64,000 nucleotides of DNA from an uncultured delta proteobacterium (GTDB taxonomy: Bacteria; Desulfobacterota; Syntrophia; Syntrophales; UBA2185), in NCBI GenBank assembly GCA_963729715.1, contig CAVSPA010000004.1, positions 512,001 through 576,000 of the forward strand, given 5' to 3'. Below, one piece after another: positions 8,983 to 18,477 of the stretch (the stretch's first letter is position 1; each line of letters begins with the position of its first letter). The notes under the pieces are model-generated. The model was not told where the DNA came from and ran no database searches. It was given only the letters and a program-made list of their open reading frames with translations. A program made the translations under genes and the position numbers.

Positions 8983-10812
8983 TTACGACGGAGGAATTCT
9001 CAGTTTCTGGTCAACGTACAGCACATCGGCACGCCTTATCCTATTAAGCTTTCGCAATTCGCCGACACTCGTATTATATCGCCTCGCGATCTTGTCAAGT
9101 GTATCACCCTTCTTGACTTTGTACACGGACGCCTTAGACTTCCTACCGGCCGCTTTCTCTGCCTTTTCTGCTTTCTCTGCTTTCCCTGCAATTGCTTCCG
9201 CATGCGGCAATTTCAATTTCCTGCCGACATACAGCGGTTCCTGCAGCTTCATTTTGTTCAGTTTCAACAGGACGCCGATCGTCGTGTTGTTCCTTTTCGC
9301 TATTTTATCGAGTGTATCACCTTTCTTCACCACGTAGGCGCTGTTCACTGATGATGCGGGAGGTGAAGGTCTTTCAACTGCAGATGCTGCTTTAACTTCC
9401 TGCTGCTTGTTCTCATCAGATATTTCTTTCTCTCGCGCCGACACCTTCAACGTGCGCCCGAAGTACAAGGGATCATCGAGCTTCATGTGGTTCAGTTTCA
9501 AAAGTGTATTTATGTTAATGTTATGCTTCCCTGCAATAATGTCAAGGGTATCGCCTTTCTTGATCGTATAGTTCGTAGTTTGCGGCGCCTTGATTTTATC
9601 TGTGTCATCAGCCGTGTAGCTGGATTTTGAGTCGTCTTCTTTTTTTGTCAAGACAATCTTAGGGGGCTTAGGCGGACGCCCCGGAGTTACAGGCAAGAAT
9701 TCCGTCACAGAGGCTGCTATGGCCTTTGCAATTTCCGTTTGAAATCGACTGCTCCGCAGCAGCTTTTCTTCGTTCGGATTTGAGATATAGGCCGTTTCAA
9801 CCAGTAAAGATGGAACATCCGGCAGTTTCAGCACTATAAAGGGCGCCTCCTGGACCTTTCTAAACTTCACTTGAGTTACTCTGTCCAGATGTCTAAGAAC
9901 ACAACTACCAAAGGTTTTTGACGAGTTGATAGTATTTGTCTGAAACATATTCAAAATGATGGGATCCGACTCATCGCTATTTTCCCCGTTTGGTGAACCT
10001 CCGATTATATCAGCCATATTTTCATTCCTTGCTAGCAGCTTGGCGGCTTCACTGCTCGCCCCTCTCAGCGACAGGCAATAAACCGAGCTGCCCCTGGCGC
10101 CTCTCTGTCTGAAGGCATCCGCGTGGACACTAAGAAATAAATCGGCACCGTATTCACGTGCAATTTTCAGCCTCTTTTTGAACGGCACATAGTAATCCCC
10201 GTCCCTTGTAAGAAAGGCACGGTAACCTTCCTCCCCGTTCAAGATATCCCTTAATTTCCTGCTGATATCCAGAACGACGTTCTTCTCTTGTGTCTTCAAC
10301 ATTCCGACTGCACCTGGATCATCTCCCCCGTGACCGGGATCAATAACAATGATCTTGTTCTTTCGCAGAACATTTTCCTCTTCTCTCTTTTTGCTCTCCT
10401 GTTTCTCCACGTCGGGAAATTCAATGTCAATGACTATGCGGTCGGGTTTGTCCTGAAATTTCTTTTGTTTGAATACCTTCGTTTCTACATTTTCACCAAG
10501 CGATAATTCTACTCTGATAATGCCTTGAGGAAGAGGTGTAATCACTATTTTGTCAATGCCCGGCTTGTGTAAAATGAACTCGCGCGGAAAGTTCTCCCTG
10601 ACGTGGGTTTCTTTGAGATCGACAAATAATTTCTTGTCTGCCTCTTCGAGTGAATAAGCGACATCATCACTGACATCGATGACAACCCTCGTATGATCGG
10701 GTGCAGCCCAATGCCGAATATTAAGGATGTTGCTTTGGGCAAATGCCGGATATGCGTAGAAGATTACACCCATCAGGATAAATAAAAAGCTAATTTTATA
10801 TACTCGTATCAT
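8983..10812 (-). CDS. N-acetylmuramoyl-L-alanine amidase (AMIN + Amidase_3 + 3 LysM)
   Basis: Signal peptide, IDPGHGGDDPGA, SVHAD and LVETAYISNPNEE; three Y-x-V/I-KKGDTL LysM repeats. Confidence 0.93.
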   Translation of the reverse strand: MIRVYKISFLFILMGVIFYAYPAFAQSNILNIRHWAAPDHTRVVIDVSDDVAYSLEEADKKLFVDLKETHVRENFPREFILHKPGIDKIVITPLPQGIIRVELSLGENVETKVFKQKKFQDKPDRIVIDIEFPDVEKQESKKREEENVLRKNKIIVIDPGHGGDDPGAVGMLKTQEKNVVLDISRKLRDILNGEEGYRAFLTRDGDYYVPFKKRLKIAREYGADLFLSVHADAFRQRGARGSSVYCLSLRGASSEAAKLLARNENMADIIGGSPNGENSDESDPIILNMFQTNTINSSKTFGSCVLRHLDRVTQVKFRKVQEAPFIVLKLPDVPSLLVETAYISNPNEEKLLRSSRFQTEIAKAIAASVTEFLPVTPGRPPKPPKIVLTKKEDDSKSSYTADDTDKIKAPQTTNYTIKKGDTLDIIAGKHNININTLLKLNHMKLDDPLYFGRTLKVSAREKEISDENKQQEVKAASAVERPSPPASSVNSAYVVKKGDTLDKIAKRNNTTIGVLLKLNKMKLQEPLYVGRKLKLPHAEAIAGKAEKAEKAEKAAGRKSKASVYKVKKGDTLDKIARRYNTSVGELRKLNRIRRADVLYVDQKLRIPPS

Positions 10813-11124
10813 ATAGCCGAATTTCTCAAATTTTACGCCAATCTATCAGATTTATCATATGAATTCAATACCCTTATAGTGACTTGGTCGGATTGAAGGT
10901 CCTGTCAAGAAACAACTTGAAGGAAACGCGGGACCACGATACGTTCATGCAACATGGAGATGGCCAGAGAAACGTGATGCGCAGGAAAAAGATTATTAAT
11001 AACATCCAAGGGGAATGCACACTTCCACATAAAGAAATCTTGTAACGCCTCCAGAAACATAAAATATATTGACAATCTCTTCTCATAATGACATTTTCTC
11101 AACCGCATATAGCGGAGCCAAACC

Positions 11125-11994
11125 ATGAAAATTAAGAACCTCTTTTCTGAAAAGAGATTTATCCTTTCCTTTGAGGTCTTCCCGCCCAAGAGGGAAGGCA
11201 ATCTTGAAAGCCTGTATGTAACCATTACGGAACTGGGTGAATTGAAGCCTGATTTCATTTCCGTAACCTATGGAGCGGGAGGAAGCACAAGGGAGAAAAC
11301 CATAGAAATCTCCTCCAAAGTCAAGAATGGATTTAATCTCGAAGTGCTGGCCCATCTGACGTGTGTCCAGTCCACAAAGGATGACATAGCAATAATTCTC
11401 GACTCACTTAAAGAGGAAAATGTTGAGAACGTCCTTGCATTGAGGGGTGACCCGCCGGAGGGTATGGATCGATTCATAAAGACAGAAGGTGGGTTCGGGT
11501 ATGCGAACGAACTGGTTCAATTTATTAAGGCCCGAACTGACTTTTCAATAGGTGTAGCCGGTTATCCCGAAGGGCATATCGAAGCGCCCAGCCTGAAGGC
11601 AGATATGATTAATCTCAAGCGGAAGGTAGATGCGGGAGCAGACTTTATTATTACTCAACTATTCTTCAATAATGACGCCTTTTACACATTCCGGGATCAT
11701 GCGTTGGCGCTTGGAGTTAATATCCCCGTAATACCTGGAATCTTTCCCATCCTGAACTACAACCAGATGACACGTATTGTATCACTTGCCGGTGTCAGGA
11801 CACCCGCCAGACTTGTTGAGAGGCTCGAGAAGAACAAGGACAAGCCAGAAGAAATGGAAAAATATGGAATAGAATACGCGATCATTCAGGTTGATGATCT
11901 GATTAAGAACGAAATAGCCGGTCTCCACCTTTACTGCATGAATAAGAGCCATCCGGTAAAGAAAATATTAGCGGAGCTTTCTTTGTCGCGGTGA
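11125..11994 (+). CDS. metF: 5,10-methylenetetrahydrofolate reductase
   Basis: SFEVFPPK, SVTYGAGGST, ALRGDPP, AGYPEGH and ITQLFF motifs. Confidence 0.95.
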   Translation: MKIKNLFSEKRFILSFEVFPPKREGNLESLYVTITELGELKPDFISVTYGAGGSTREKTIEISSKVKNGFNLEVLAHLTCVQSTKDDIAIILDSLKEENVENVLALRGDPPEGMDRFIKTEGGFGYANELVQFIKARTDFSIGVAGYPEGHIEAPSLKADMINLKRKVDAGADFIITQLFFNNDAFYTFRDHALALGVNIPVIPGIFPILNYNQMTRIVSLAGVRTPARLVERLEKNKDKPEEMEKYGIEYAIIQVDDLIKNEIAGLHLYCMNKSHPVKKILAELSLSR

Positions 11995-12098
11995 CTAAGA
12001 AGAAATATAGATGCTGAGAAAGAAGTAGAGTATAGGGGACTTAAGGTTCATAAATATCTCGTTTCCATCGATTGTTATAAAGCTCCGCAGACATAACC

Positions 12099-12175
12099 GG
12101 GCGATTAGCTCAGTTGGATAGAGCGCTGGTCTCCGGAACCAGAGGCCCCGAGTTCAAATCTCGGATCGCCCGCCA
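12099..12175 (+). tRNA. tRNA-Arg(CCG)
   Basis: GGGCGAT/ATCGCCC acceptor stem, D arm, CTGGT-CTCCGGA-ACCAG anticodon arm, GTTCAAAT T-loop and encoded CCA; 77 nt. Confidence 0.97.
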
Positions 12176-12177
12176 AT
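12131..12177 (+). repeat. attL core (tRNA 3' half)
   Basis: CTCCGGAACCAGAGGCCCCGAGTTCAAATCTCGGATCGCCCGCCAAT, identical to 22379-22425. Confidence 0.92.
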
Positions 12178-12313
12178 AATATCAGAGAGTTAGCATACTT
12201 TATTTAAACTATGGCGAAATGTTGATAATTTTTTCCAACCCTATTTCCAACCTCGGGCATATGTAACTATTTTATGGTTTGCTTTATTCTCGTCTTTATG
12301 GTAGAAAATACCC

Positions 12314-12568
12314 ATGAACGCGAAACAGCAGAAAACGCTCTCGCTGATCTTTGAAAAACCGACGCGATCCGATATTACATGGCAGGAAACCGCTTCGCTT
12401 CTCCTTGCTGCAGGCGCTGTAATGAAAAAGGGTCGGGGATCGCGTGTCAGGTTTAAATGCCGTGGTTACAGCCTGCATGTTCATGCTCCGCACCCTGAAA
12501 GGGTAGTGTCGAAAAGCACTGTGGACGCGGTAAGAGATTTTTTGAGAGATATAGGAGTAACACCATGA
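12314..12568 (+). CDS. hicA: HicA-family toxin (mRNA interferase)
   Basis: 84 aa, basic, with GSRVRF...HAPHP motif; overlaps the antitoxin start (ATGA). Confidence 0.9.
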   Translation: MNAKQQKTLSLIFEKPTRSDITWQETASLLLAAGAVMKKGRGSRVRFKCRGYSLHVHAPHPERVVSKSTVDAVRDFLRDIGVTP

Positions 12569-12915
12569 AAAATGTATTGCAGCACAAAGGATATGCTGGC
12601 AATGTTCAATTTGATGCCGATGAAATGATCTTCCATGGCCGTGTCATGGGTCTGAAAAAAGCCCATATCAGCTATGAGGGGAAAACCGTTGACGAGCTTC
12701 TGAAGGATTTCAAGAATGCCGTTAACGACTATCTTGATATGTGCGCCGAAGACGGCATTGAACCTGAAAAGCCTTTCAAAGGGTCTTTCAACCTTCGTCT
12801 TGATCCCGATCTTCATAAGCGTCTGGTAGTCAATGCCTTGAATGAAGGGAAAACCCTAAACGCCTTTGTCAAAGACGTCCTGGAAAGGGCGGTTACCAAA
12901 ATTCAGCATGCCTGA
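12565..12915 (+). CDS. hicB: HicB-family antitoxin
   Basis: HKGYAG..FHGRV..EGKTVDEL..F..AVNDYL..C..PEKPFKGSFNLRLDP.LH (RNase H-like fold plus RHH). Confidence 0.9.
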   Translation: MKNVLQHKGYAGNVQFDADEMIFHGRVMGLKKAHISYEGKTVDELLKDFKNAVNDYLDMCAEDGIEPEKPFKGSFNLRLDPDLHKRLVVNALNEGKTLNAFVKDVLERAVTKIQHA

Positions 12916-13452
12916 AAATGTCCGTAAAATACCCGTCCGGCTACTGCCTTCTTCCTTGTTGTTTTTCTGATTCTGTTCGTCCATACTATATTTCAATCGG
13001 AGATGAATGAAAGCCTTAACTGATAAGGATCTTCGGTGATGCATGCTGTGAATCCTTGCAGAACCTGCCTTGGCCGCATCTTCGCTCTGAAAGCGGCGCT
13101 AACGCTCTACTGACAGAAGCGTAACGTGGCTTTTCTCTGCAGGCGGTGATTACAGGCGAGGCCATTGCTGGAAACAAGCAATGACGCACCTTCGGAGAGC
13201 GCTCGTAACAGGGATGAACATACTTGTTGATAAGATTGTTGATGACCATGTTGATGAATCACAAAAACCATCAATTATCGATGATTTTACCCTCTTTGCG
13301 TGAATCTTAGGCAAGGGAATTAATGAATAATTAAAACCGGCTGTTGTGTCGGAGCAGGTGTTTTCAGCCAAGCACTCTTTCCTGAAGCCTTGATTTTTCT
13401 ATTTTACCCTTTTATGCTACATTACAATTGGAAATAAATAGAAGCGGTTCCC

Positions 13453-13614
13453 ATGTCGAGAAAAAAGTTTATCATGATCGGAATGGTTATAGGCTCCGTA
13501 GCAGGAGGGTATGCACCTATGCTGCTCGGTGCTGACTCAATTTCCGCTTCGTTGATAGGAAGTGCCATTGGTGGATTACTTGGCATATGGGGAGCCTACA
13601 AGCTCCATGAATAA
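13453..13614 (+). CDS. Small 53-aa glycine-rich membrane protein (not in the ORF track)
   Basis: MSRKKFIMIGMVIGSVAGGYAPMLLGADSISASLIGSAIGGLLGIWGAYKLHE; two hydrophobic GxxxG segments. Confidence 0.65.
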   Translation: MSRKKFIMIGMVIGSVAGGYAPMLLGADSISASLIGSAIGGLLGIWGAYKLHE

Positions 13615-13812
13615 ATAGGCGCTTCTCCATGAAGGAATTGCTGAGAACTTCCTGAAGTCCGCAAAACGTTAATCTTGCTGAAGATGTTCTATTTCAATGC
13701 GTAATGATCACATCTGTCGCGATCCCGACTGACAAAATCTCCTTAACATACAAGACCGCTTTGCTCACCCTAAGCCCCATGCAAAGCAACTTCTTATCAA
13801 TCGGTTCGGCAT

Positions 13813-14817
13813 CTATTTGAGTTCTGGGAATTTACAAACTACACTCGCTAGTTTTTTGAGATAATTCGCATCGGTAATATCTGGGAATACTTGCTGCTTG
13901 ATATAAACCACTTCCGACGTTTTTGTATCTATGACATACCAGGTAACGAGTGTGCCAGAGTCCGGATTAAAGGCAGCGGGGTCATAATAACCACGGCTCG
14001 CGGTCTCGTTGGCGGCCCCCATCACAGACAGGACAAAATTGCCAACACTACGCCCCGTGGTTTCGGTCACGCATTTGCTCGACATATACAGCAGATAGCG
14101 GCTGTCGATCCCCGCCTGTTTTTTATAGCTGTTGATAAACGTATTCAATCCATCAACATTGCTGTTCAGATAAGGGGGCAGACTATAATACGGTAGTCTT
14201 TCTGCGTTCAAATTTGAAAGGTATTTGTGCATCTCTTTCGTAAGAGTAGACCAGTCCTTACCTTGGGTGTCATCCATAATCGCCCGCCGAATTTTGTTGT
14301 TGCCGTCGCACGTTTTTGTTAATTCGACAGTAAGGTCATCGGTTACTTTCTTAGAGACTTCAGGAGAGTATTCTTTTTTATCCATCCTTCCGAGTCCCGA
14401 GTGGATAATAACTTCAACGAAGGGTGGCAGCAAGGTAAACGTCCCCGTAGACAGGTCCTCTTTTTTAAATGAGACCTCCTCGGACACCCCATCAATCCTC
14501 TTCAAATCAAAGAAGATTGCAGTGTCTGACTCCTTTGTCACCAGAGAGGTCGCAGAAGTATAGCCTCTTTTTTCCACTGTAAATTTTGCTTTTGTATCGT
14601 CACCTATGAACGTTATCGGCGTTGTTTTGGGTGTTACTCCCATAGGAGTAACACTATGAATGCTTTGATCTTGTGAAAGCACAAAACCTCCTTCCGGTTG
14701 CAGCAGAATTAAACTGCCCTTCGGGTTTGAATCGACGATAAAATTCTTGGTAGTGCCGCAGGCGCTTGCAACCATGGTTATCAATACCAATAACCCAAGG
14801 AACAATGCTCTTTTCAT
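13813..14817 (-). CDS. Putative lipoprotein with N-terminal PEGA-like domain
   Basis: Signal peptide ending MVASA-C; 'IVDSNPKGS..GVTP..VEKRGY' resembles PEGA; GGGAGG RBS. Confidence 0.75.
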   Translation of the reverse strand: MKRALFLGLLVLITMVASACGTTKNFIVDSNPKGSLILLQPEGGFVLSQDQSIHSVTPMGVTPKTTPITFIGDDTKAKFTVEKRGYTSATSLVTKESDTAIFFDLKRIDGVSEEVSFKKEDLSTGTFTLLPPFVEVIIHSGLGRMDKKEYSPEVSKKVTDDLTVELTKTCDGNNKIRRAIMDDTQGKDWSTLTKEMHKYLSNLNAERLPYYSLPPYLNSNVDGLNTFINSYKKQAGIDSRYLLYMSSKCVTETTGRSVGNFVLSVMGAANETASRGYYDPAAFNPDSGTLVTWYVIDTKTSEVVYIKQQVFPDITDANYLKKLASVVCKFPELK

Positions 14818-15804
14818 AATACCCTCCCTAATAATTATCGCGTATTGGCAATGAAAACGCCTATTACTAATACTATCGCATTAACTATCTATGTGCAAGC
14901 AAAACGCGAAACAATTTCAGTTTTGAGGTAACACATTATCTTCGATATTTACGCCAAGTATTGTTGCACAAGGTTGAATGCCTCTTGCCGTTGTGGCAGG
15001 CATGCATGTCAGTCTAAAAACAACGGCATGAAGAAGGGGACGAATTGCTCTATGGGGGGAGGACCTGGACGGGCAGAAAATTGGAGCTAGAAATTACCCA
15101 TTAGATCAAGGGCAATAGCGGGACTGACTTATTGATTATGGATACAAAGGCGCAATGACTAAACAGCCGGCTTCTGGGGTGCGATGGTTATCTGGAACTT
15201 CCTGAAATGTTCTTTTTCTAATTCAACCCATTTATGCAGCATTTCTCCTGAAAATTAATTATCCAAATAGTACCTCCTCTTTACATGTGGAGTAGCCAGT
15301 TGAGGTTTTAAAAATTTCTCCTGCGTGCTCTATGGCAACATTGGTTTGTTCTTATAACTGGCTTAGGTCAGTTTCAAATCCGGGGTCTTAAACCACCAGT
15401 AATGATCGACCTTTGTTCCACGGTATTCAAACTATGCCATCTAATAAACGAACAGGGGCCTCGGATGCAACCATAATTTTCATTCTTTTTTGTGCCGACT
15501 GGTCGGCATGGGGGTTTCATATGGTGATGGGCGACCGCTTTTAAAAAACAAAGTCTAGTCATATCTTTTTCCGAAAGTAATTTCTGGAACTCCGGAAGCG
15601 TACCATTATGAGCCTTTACCAATATAGCTTTTACCTTATTATCACAAAATACCATAAGCATGAATCTGGTTCCCATTGATTTTAAAACACAAATTTGCAT
15701 TCTAATTTTTTGAGAAATGAAGTATATTTGCAAAGATATTCTTAAAATACCAGTTTAGCATATTAAGTGTTGGACTACATAATAAACGATGTCCGGAGGG
15801 CACA

Positions 15805-16326
15805 ATGGGAAAAATGAACGAGCTTCGTAAGCATCTTCTGTATCTTATGATTGTCTATTTATTAGTAATTGGCTTCTTTACTATTGCATTAGCTGATCAA
15901 AAGGGAAGAGCGTTCCATGTAGGAGAAGTAGTTCAGGGCGATATATATGGGATTAATGTAATAAAGGCTGAGATACAGAACGAGTTTGAAGATATGCATG
16001 GTAGGATTTCCCCATCTCAGTCCAACCATAAATTGCTCGTGTTAGAAGTTAGGTTCTACGAGAATGGAAACCCATTGAAAGACAAAACCAAGGAAGAGGG
16101 AGAGATACTTAAACTTTCTATCATTGATGCACGTGGTCGTATATTTCCAACACCACTAACTGAATCTAATAAGGTAGTATTCAGATATATACTTTATGGA
16201 AAAGACCCGAAGGAAGCATATGAAAAAGAAGGATTCATATATCAAGTGTTCTTCTCCGTACCAAAGAATAGCTCTGGATTTAAACTACAATATCGAAATT
16301 TACCACAAGTTAGTTTAGGTTTATAA
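15805..16326 (+). CDS. Secreted hypothetical protein, DUF4352-like; probable gene cassette
   Basis: Signal peptide (..TIALA); 'LLVLEVRF..IIDARGRIF..VFFSVPKNSSGFKLQY'; preceded by GTTGGAC and followed by an attC-like site. Confidence 0.7.
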   Translation: MGKMNELRKHLLYLMIVYLLVIGFFTIALADQKGRAFHVGEVVQGDIYGINVIKAEIQNEFEDMHGRISPSQSNHKLLVLEVRFYENGNPLKDKTKEEGEILKLSIIDARGRIFPTPLTESNKVVFRYILYGKDPKEAYEKEGFIYQVFFSVPKNSSGFKLQYRNLPQVSLGL

Positions 16327-16416
16327 GAGAGAACATTGGGTAAATATCCGGATATCTGGAGTGAGGGTAGCGGAGTCAGTCCATGGCAGTGGACAGGATG
16401 AAAACCATTAACCATT

Positions 16417-16473
16417 GCCCAACAAGATAATCCAGCGGACGTCTTACAGTCGCCGCTGATTTTTGTGTTGAGG
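16417..16473 (+). other. Integron attC-like recombination site
   Basis: GCCCAAC (R'') AAGATA ATCCAGCGG ... CCGCTGAT TTTTGT GTTGAGG (R'); L''/L' pairing has one extrahelical base; 57 bp. Confidence 0.8.
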
Positions 16474-16674
16474 TTACAGGAAAAGTCCCGACAAGTTTTT
16501 TTCGGCAGACACGCACAGAAAAGTGCTCTCGCAAGGGGCTCCACAATCGACGATCTCATGCTCGGAAAGAGTAATGCGACCCCTTGAAAATATCATCAGG
16601 GCCATTTTTTCTACAGACTCGTTGGACCAATATACAACGAACTGAGCTCTTGTAAGAATTGCAAGGAGGACAAA

Positions 16675-17205
16675 ATGAAGAGATTTTTCTTGATATTTCT
16701 GGCGGCAGCGTTATTGACCATTGTTGTTTCTCTGCATGGATATCGCCTTTGGGCGGAGTCTCCAACCAGTGAAAACAAGAAAGTAAAAATCACAGCAAAA
16801 TCCGTTACAGGCCCCATGAATAACATCAAGGCCGGACAACGGACTGACTCCTCCGAGGCTACAGCCACCAACTGCTCTATAATTCTCGATCTATCAGAGG
16901 ATAAAACAAGCATTACAAAGGTTACCTTCTCTGTGGGTGAAGTAAAGTGGAAAATCAAAACACCCGGTTATGATACCACCGGAACAAGTTCCGGGGAAAA
17001 TCTCTATCTCAACGGTCCTTTTCCAATTAGAAACAATAGTTTTAAAACAGGGGACGTGAGAGGCACGCCTTCCTCCGCAAATGGCAGATTTATTTCCTCA
17101 AAAGAAGCCAGAGGTTCTGCGCATCTTTACAGTCAAGAGCTTGTCGGGGGCCAACTAATTAATTTAGACTTGGGCGAATGGCAATGGAAAGCGACGGCAA
17201 AATAA
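16675..17205 (+). CDS. Secreted hypothetical protein
   Basis: AAGGAGG RBS, MKRFFLIFLAAALL signal peptide, beta-rich mature part. Confidence 0.75.
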   Translation: MKRFFLIFLAAALLTIVVSLHGYRLWAESPTSENKKVKITAKSVTGPMNNIKAGQRTDSSEATATNCSIILDLSEDKTSITKVTFSVGEVKWKIKTPGYDTTGTSSGENLYLNGPFPIRNNSFKTGDVRGTPSSANGRFISSKEARGSAHLYSQELVGGQLINLDLGEWQWKATAK

Positions 17206-17221
17206 AGGAGTTTTTATCCAC

Positions 17222-17797
17222 GTGGCTGTTAGACGCAAGGAGGCAAAGATGATTGCCGAAAAACAGAAATTAAAATTTACGCGTATTCAGATTGTCCAAG
17301 TCGGAGTTATTCTTGGTGCAATGCTTTTTGTCATCGGGTCAGCATTAGCGTTGGCAGGCGTAAGAATAGTCAATCCCTTACATGGGAATGCCAAAATCAA
17401 AGGGGAGGATGTCAGTTACTACTACTACGGAGCGAAAATTATGGCTGACGCAGAAACAACCTTGATTTTCAAACAAGGTAAATGTTCCATCTCCGATAAG
17501 AAGGGCAAGCAATACTCGCAATGCTGGATTCATGTAGCTGGGGGATCTGCTGGTTTATCATTCAACAAGCAGGGACCACTAAGTATAAAGACATTAGGCG
17601 TCGAGCTTGAGGGCGGAAAATCTTCCGGCGCTGTTCAATGGAACACTTCAATGGTAGATGGACCAGAGGGTGCACTTGAATTCAAGATTCCCAAAGGAGG
17701 TTACGTCGTTCTCAACTTCCTGTGGGAAGTGCCAAAAGGATTTGCTCCCAAACGCATCAAGATTGGCAATCTTATTGATGTCTCTTTACAAAAATAG
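17222..17797 (+). CDS. Secreted hypothetical protein with DUF4352-like C-terminus
   Basis: Signal/TM segment ending ..ALALA; C-terminal 'VLNFLWEVPKGF'. The start may be ATG 17249 (AAGGAGG RBS). Confidence 0.7.
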   Translation: MAVRRKEAKMIAEKQKLKFTRIQIVQVGVILGAMLFVIGSALALAGVRIVNPLHGNAKIKGEDVSYYYYGAKIMADAETTLIFKQGKCSISDKKGKQYSQCWIHVAGGSAGLSFNKQGPLSIKTLGVELEGGKSSGAVQWNTSMVDGPEGALEFKIPKGGYVVLNFLWEVPKGFAPKRIKIGNLIDVSLQK

Positions 17798-17816
17798 GTC
17801 TGTAGTGAGAGACGAT

Positions 17817-17879
17817 TTTTAACAACGCCATGCGGCGAATCGTCTATAAATCCGGATCTCGCTAATTTTTGTGTTAGAA
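17817..17879 (+). other. Degenerate integron attC-like site
   Basis: TTTTAAC AACGCC ATGCGGCGA ... TCGCTAAT TTTTGT GTTAGAA. Same spacing and same TTTTGT-GTT end as the site at 16417, followed directly by the RBS and ATG of the next gene. Confidence 0.6.
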
Positions 17880-17891
17880 AAGGAGAACACT

Positions 17892-18386
17892 ATGAAATTG
17901 CGTCAATACCACCTAGTAATTTATCTTTTGGTCATCTATTTCAGTGCGTGCCTATTCTGTATAGACTTCAGTGAAGCGGCTCAGTTCGAATCAAATCTCA
18001 GATTGGGAACACAAATTGATACGGGGCCCGGTAAGGTCAAAATTACAAAGGTAGCGGAGGCTACGAAAACACCGATTAATGCACGTAACCCAAAGAATGA
18101 CAGTAATAGGTTTGTCGTCATTGAAACAATAGTAACAGCTATAGATAAAGGCTCGACGTTAAATAACATAGCATTTACGCTTGTTACCCGTAAGAAAGTT
18201 CGTTTTGATACTCCTGGTGCTTATGGAAAGGTGAAGGTTTTTGATAAGTTGTCTAATTATGAGGCGACTGATGGGGCTGTAGTATACGCTTCTGCCATCG
18301 GAGATTCGTTGAACCTCTTTTTTGAAGTGCCTCAAGACATCAGAATTAACGATCTCAGATTGATTTATGATGCCTCGAAGAAATAG
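17892..18386 (+). CDS. Secreted hypothetical protein, DUF4352-like
   Basis: AAGGAG RBS before ATG 17892; signal peptide (..SEA); 'RFVVIETIV..FTLV..LNLFFEVPQD..LRLIY'. Confidence 0.72.
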   Translation: MKLRQYHLVIYLLVIYFSACLFCIDFSEAAQFESNLRLGTQIDTGPGKVKITKVAEATKTPINARNPKNDSNRFVVIETIVTAIDKGSTLNNIAFTLVTRKKVRFDTPGAYGKVKVFDKLSNYEATDGAVVYASAIGDSLNLFFEVPQDIRINDLRLIYDASKK

Positions 18387-18477
18387 ATGGATTGGTCGAA
18401 TTCAAGAAGAAGTAGAAACACAAGCGTGAGATCAGACAGAAAAGTGGTGACGTTCAAGCGTTTGACAAAACTGAGAA

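Noticed and set aside
9150..9192. 9-bp tandem repeat in the amidase gene (KAEKAEKAEK)
   Set aside because: An in-frame, degenerate low-complexity linker between LysM domains; no sign of phase variation.
15374..15733. 119-aa ORF as a real gene
   Set aside because: No RBS or recognisable family and atypical composition. Only a short segment is kept as a possible IntI remnant.
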